DNA from: Octopus sinensis
Taxonomy: Eukaryota
NCBI RefSeq assembly: GCF_006345805.1
Contig: NW_021826695.1
Coordinates: 1 to 12,111 of the forward strand
Direction: 5' to 3'
DNA length: 12,111 bases
The position numbers were made by a program, and so were the translations under genes. Positions 9,169 through 12,111 of this stretch are shown piece after piece. The notes under the pieces were generated by a model that saw only the letters and a program-made list of their open reading frames with translations, made no database searches and was not told where the DNA came from. Each line of letters opens with the position of its first letter. Position 1 is the first letter of the stretch.

Positions 9169-9237
9169 CTAAATTGTAGAATTGTATAAAAAACAAACGG
9201 TTTGGGAGGCAGATAAAATCTGCCTTTTATCATAAGA
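9169..9237 (-). mobile_element. Probable Helitron 5' terminus
   Basis: The minus strand reads A|TCTTATGATAAAAGGCAGATTTTATCTGCCTCC: a 5'-TC after a flanking A, an AT-rich start typical of Helitrons, and a subterminal 8-bp hairpin AGGCAGAT/ATCTGCCT (9207-9225). Same strand as the helicase fragment and the 3' hairpin. Confidence 0.5.
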
Positions 9238-9239
9238 TA

Positions 9240-9273
<34 letters not shown>

Positions 9274-9355
9274 GGTCCCGGGTTGAGTCGGGGTTAACCA
9301 CAGTAAATAAGGTACTCAATACATAGCAGAGTAAATTAGTTTATTTTATAGAAGG

Positions 9356-9404
9356 AGCTTCTACAGGACTAGAACTGTTTCATTCAAAAATTCATCAGGA
9401 AGCT
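9356..9404 (-). ncRNA. Minimal type I hammerhead ribozyme motif (intact core)
   Basis: The minus strand reads AGCTTC-CTGATGA-ATT(TTTG)AAT-GAA-ACAG(TTCTAGTC)CTGT-A-GAAGCT: 6-bp stem I, CUGAUGA, 3-bp stem II, GAAA, 4-bp stem III with palindromic CUAG in its loop, and a GUA cleavage triplet (cut predicted between 9362 and 9361). Confidence 0.8.
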
Positions 9405-9451
9405 TCCTGATGATTTCTTTTCAATGAAACAGTTCTAGTCCTGTAGAAGCT
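9401..9451 (+). ncRNA. Minimal type I hammerhead ribozyme motif (weak stem II)
   Basis: AGCTTC-CTGATGA(9407-9413)-TTTCTTTTCAAT-GAA-ACAG(TTCTAGTC)CTGT-A(9445)-GAAGCT. Stems I and III and the core are identical to the minus copy; stem II has a U.U mismatch at its base and only 2 bp. Confidence 0.65.
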
Positions 9452-9474
9452 CCTTCTATAAAATAAATATATTC

Positions 9475-9505
<31 letters not shown>

Positions 9506-9575
9506 ATATTATATAATATATATATCACGTTCTTGTTAGATATATATATATATATAATATCTATATATATATATA

Positions 9576-9667
9576 TCACGTTCTTGTTAGATTGACAGTA
9601 TACACCATTCTATCGCCCCACCACCGTACATGTCTCTACGCGAGATTTAGAAATTCAATATTTCTTA
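9576..9667. repeat. Left arm of a 92/93-bp inverted repeat (right arm 11656-11748)
   Basis: Its reverse complement matches 11656-11748 except for one extra T. Its first 17 bp are also duplicated at 9525-9541. Confidence 0.93.
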
Positions 9668-9690
9668 ATATATATATATATATACATATA

Positions 9691-9849
9691 TACGACGGGC
9701 TTCTTTCAGTTTCCGTCTACCAAATCCACTCACAAGGCATTGGTCGGCGCGGGCCTATAGCAGAAGACACTTGCCCAAGATGCCACGCAGTGGGACTGAA
9801 CCCGGAACCATGTGGTTGGTTAGCAAGCTACTTACCACACAGCCACTCC
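9691..9849 (-). mobile_element. SINE-A, near full length
   Basis: Reverse-complement match from TACGACGGGC to AGCCACTCC. Confidence 0.9.
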
Positions 9850-9952
9850 AGCTACTTTGATGAATTATTTCACAAACATTCCATCAAACACATTCGTTTC
9901 AAGAACACCAGATCACACTCACTACACATCAACGAAAACACATAACAGTACA

Positions 9953-10370
9953 GCCGACCAATGCCTTGTGAGTGGATTTGGTAGACGGAAACTGAAAGAA
10001 GCCCATCGTATATATATATATATATATTGGCGTAGGAGTGGCTTTGTGGTAAGTAGCTTGCTAACCAACCACATGGTTCCGGGTTCAGTCCCTCTGCGTG
10101 GCATCTTGGGCAAGTGTATTCTGCTATAGCCCCGGGCCGACCAATGCCTTGTGAGTGGATTTGTCAGACGGAAACTGAAAGAAGCCCATCGTATATATAT
10201 ATATAGGCACAGGAGTGGCTGTGTGGTATGTAGCTTGCTAACCAACCACATGGTTCCGGGTTCAGTCCCACTGCGTGGCATCTTCGGCAAGTGTCTTTTG
10301 CTATAGCCCCGGGCCCACCAATGCCTTGTGAGTGGATTTGGTAGACGGAAACTGAAAGAAGCCTGTCGTA
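9953..10370 (+). mobile_element. SINE-A tandem: a 3' fragment (9953-10010) plus two full copies (10029-10193 and 10206-10370)
   Basis: Heads 177 bp apart, joined by TA spacers. Confidence 0.9.
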
Positions 10371-10446
10371 TATATGTATATATATGTATTTATGTATGTA
10401 TGTATGTATGTAAGTATATATGTATATATGTATATATGTATGTAAG

Positions 10447-10478
<32 letters not shown>

Positions 10479-10553
10479 TGTATGTATGTATGTGTGTATT
10501 TATGTATGTATGTATGTAGTATACATGTAGTATATATGTATATTGTATATATG

Positions 10554-10587
<34 letters not shown>

Positions 10588-10791
10588 TGTGGGTATGTAT
10601 GTATGTGTGTTGTATGTATGTATGTATGTATGTATGTAGTATGTCTGTATGTAGTATACCGTAAGTATAATATGTATATAATATATATGTATAGTTAGTA
10701 TTGTATGTATGTATGTATGTATGTAAGTATACATGTAAGTATATATGTATATATGTATATATGTATATATGTATATATGTATGTACGTATG

Positions 10792-10822
<31 letters not shown>

Positions 10823-11088
10823 GTATATATATATATATGTATATATGTATATATGTATATATGTATGTATGTATGTACGTATGTATGTATGTATGTATGT
10901 ATGTATGCATGTATGTATGTATGTATGTATGTAAGTATACATGTATGAATATATATGTATATATGTATATATGTATGTATGTATGTAAGTATGTATGTAA
11001 GTATGTATGTATGTAAGTATACATGTATGTATATATGTATATATGTATATATGTATATATGTATGTAAGTATGTATGTATGTATGTAT
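10371..11088. repeat. Degenerate (TATG)n/(TA)n microsatellite, ~720 bp
   Basis: Direct reading; source of the YIHT and MYVC ORFs. Confidence 0.95.
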
Positions 11089-11297
11089 TTTCTCCCTAAC
11101 GACGCAACTAATGCTGCCAAAGTAATACGCTAAATTTCTCGAGCTTTCATAGTCTTTTGAAATACTAGCATTTTAGTGACCTGTCATGGCGACCATATAC
11201 ATCAAAATTCAAACAAAGCAGCGTTGCCGAATCTCGTCTCCTGCTTTACAGGTAGAAGCTACTTCAACTCTGAACTGTTGAAAAAGAGAAGAGAAGT

Positions 11298-11346
11298 AAT
11301 ATATATATAGTGTGTATAAATATATATATTATATATATATATAATC

Positions 11347-11388
<42 letters not shown>

Positions 11389-11446
11389 ATATAATAATAT
11401 TATATATATACATATCTATATATATGTATATATGTATATATATATG

Positions 11447-11478
<32 letters not shown>

Positions 11479-11482
11479 ATTT

Positions 11483-11526
<44 letters not shown>

Positions 11527-11589
11527 TTATAGATTATTATATATATTATATAATACATATATATATATTACATATAATATATATATGTA

Positions 11590-11641
<52 letters not shown>

Positions 11642-11655
11642 TATTTATATATATA
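11298..11655. repeat. Degenerate (TA)n microsatellite
   Basis: Direct reading. Confidence 0.95.
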
Positions 11656-11748
11656 TAAGAAATATTGAATTTCTAAATCTCGCGTAGAGACATGTACGGT
11701 GGTGGGGCGATAGAATGGTTGTATACTGTCAATCTAACAAGAACGTGA
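11656..11748. repeat. Right arm of the 92/93-bp inverted repeat (left arm 9576-9667)
   Basis: TAAGAAATATTGAATTTC...CTAACAAGAACGTGA. Confidence 0.93.
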
Positions 11749-11871
11749 CAGTAGGGGATACACCACCGCTGTATAGCCCTAGGAAGCATCGAACGCCTCC
11801 TGGTGGCTTTAACACATTTTTCCCTGTGTCCTTATATACATTTCGAAGAAGGTGGCTTTTATATACGTTTA

Positions 11872-11960
11872 CGTAGGAGTGGCTTTGTGGTAAGTAGCTT
11901 GCTAGCCAGCCACATGGTTCCGAGTTCAGTCCCACTACATGGCATCTTGGGCAAGTGTTT
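11872..11960 (+). mobile_element. 3'-truncated SINE-A
   Basis: CGTAGGAGTGGCTTTGTGGTAAG ... GGCATCTTGGGCAAGTGTTT, then (TA)n. Confidence 0.85.
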
Positions 11961-12004
11961 TGCGATATATATATATATATATATATATAGATATATATAT
12001 ATAT

Positions 12005-12057
12005 TACCCCAGTGTCACTTTGATGGCATGCACTGCTCTCTCATTCAATAATAATAA

Positions 12058-12111
<54 letters not shown>
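12005..12111 (+). repeat. (AAT)n microsatellite (12047-12111) preceded by a probable retroposon 3' end
   Basis: The AAT array is seen directly. The preceding CCCCAGTGTCACTTTGATGGCATGCACTGCTCTCTCATTC looks like a SINE/LINE 3' end with a trinucleotide tail; this is inference. Confidence 0.6.

Larger units (their letters stand above)
9271..9467. mobile_element. Putative Penelope-like element (PLE) 3' remnant with an inverted duplicate
   Basis: Two divergent hammerhead motifs, each followed by AAAATAAA. The minus copy continues ~70 bp further, to 9271, and both ends abut (TA)n. The PLE assignment rests on the known association of minimal type I hammerheads and inverted ends with PLEs; no RT or GIY-YIG ORF is present. 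Confidence 0.55.

Noticed and set aside
10301-11687. Long YIHT, MYVC and YI ORFs
   Set aside because: TATG and TA microsatellites lack stop codons in several frames.

Overview
AT-rich eukaryotic genomic DNA made almost entirely of repeats, with no intact protein-coding gene. The SINE families resemble those I recall from octopus (coleoid cephalopod) genomes; this is an inference and was not verified. Contents: (i) about 20 full or partial copies of a ~165-bp tRNA-headed, CORE-like SINE ('SINE-A'), mostly in head-to-tail arrays, the largest being 8 units at 3631-5063; (ii) a second tRNA-headed SINE ('SINE-B') with two alternative 3' tails and head-less 258-bp concatemers (635-2592); (iii) several Helitron parts: a tandemly amplified 3' end finishing in hairpin+CTAG (2593-3258), a decayed PIF1-type helicase fragment (6605-7822, minus) followed by the same 3' hairpin, and a probable 5'-TC end at 9237; (iv) a ~130-bp palindrome (9340-9467) made of two divergent minimal type I hammerhead ribozyme motifs sharing a central AAGCTT, as seen at Penelope-like element ends; (v) a near-identical 92-bp inverted repeat pair 2 kb apart, plus long TA, TATG, CAT and AAT microsatellites. 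Apart from the two helicase ORFs, the ORFs in the supplied track appear to be repeat-derived or chance ORFs.
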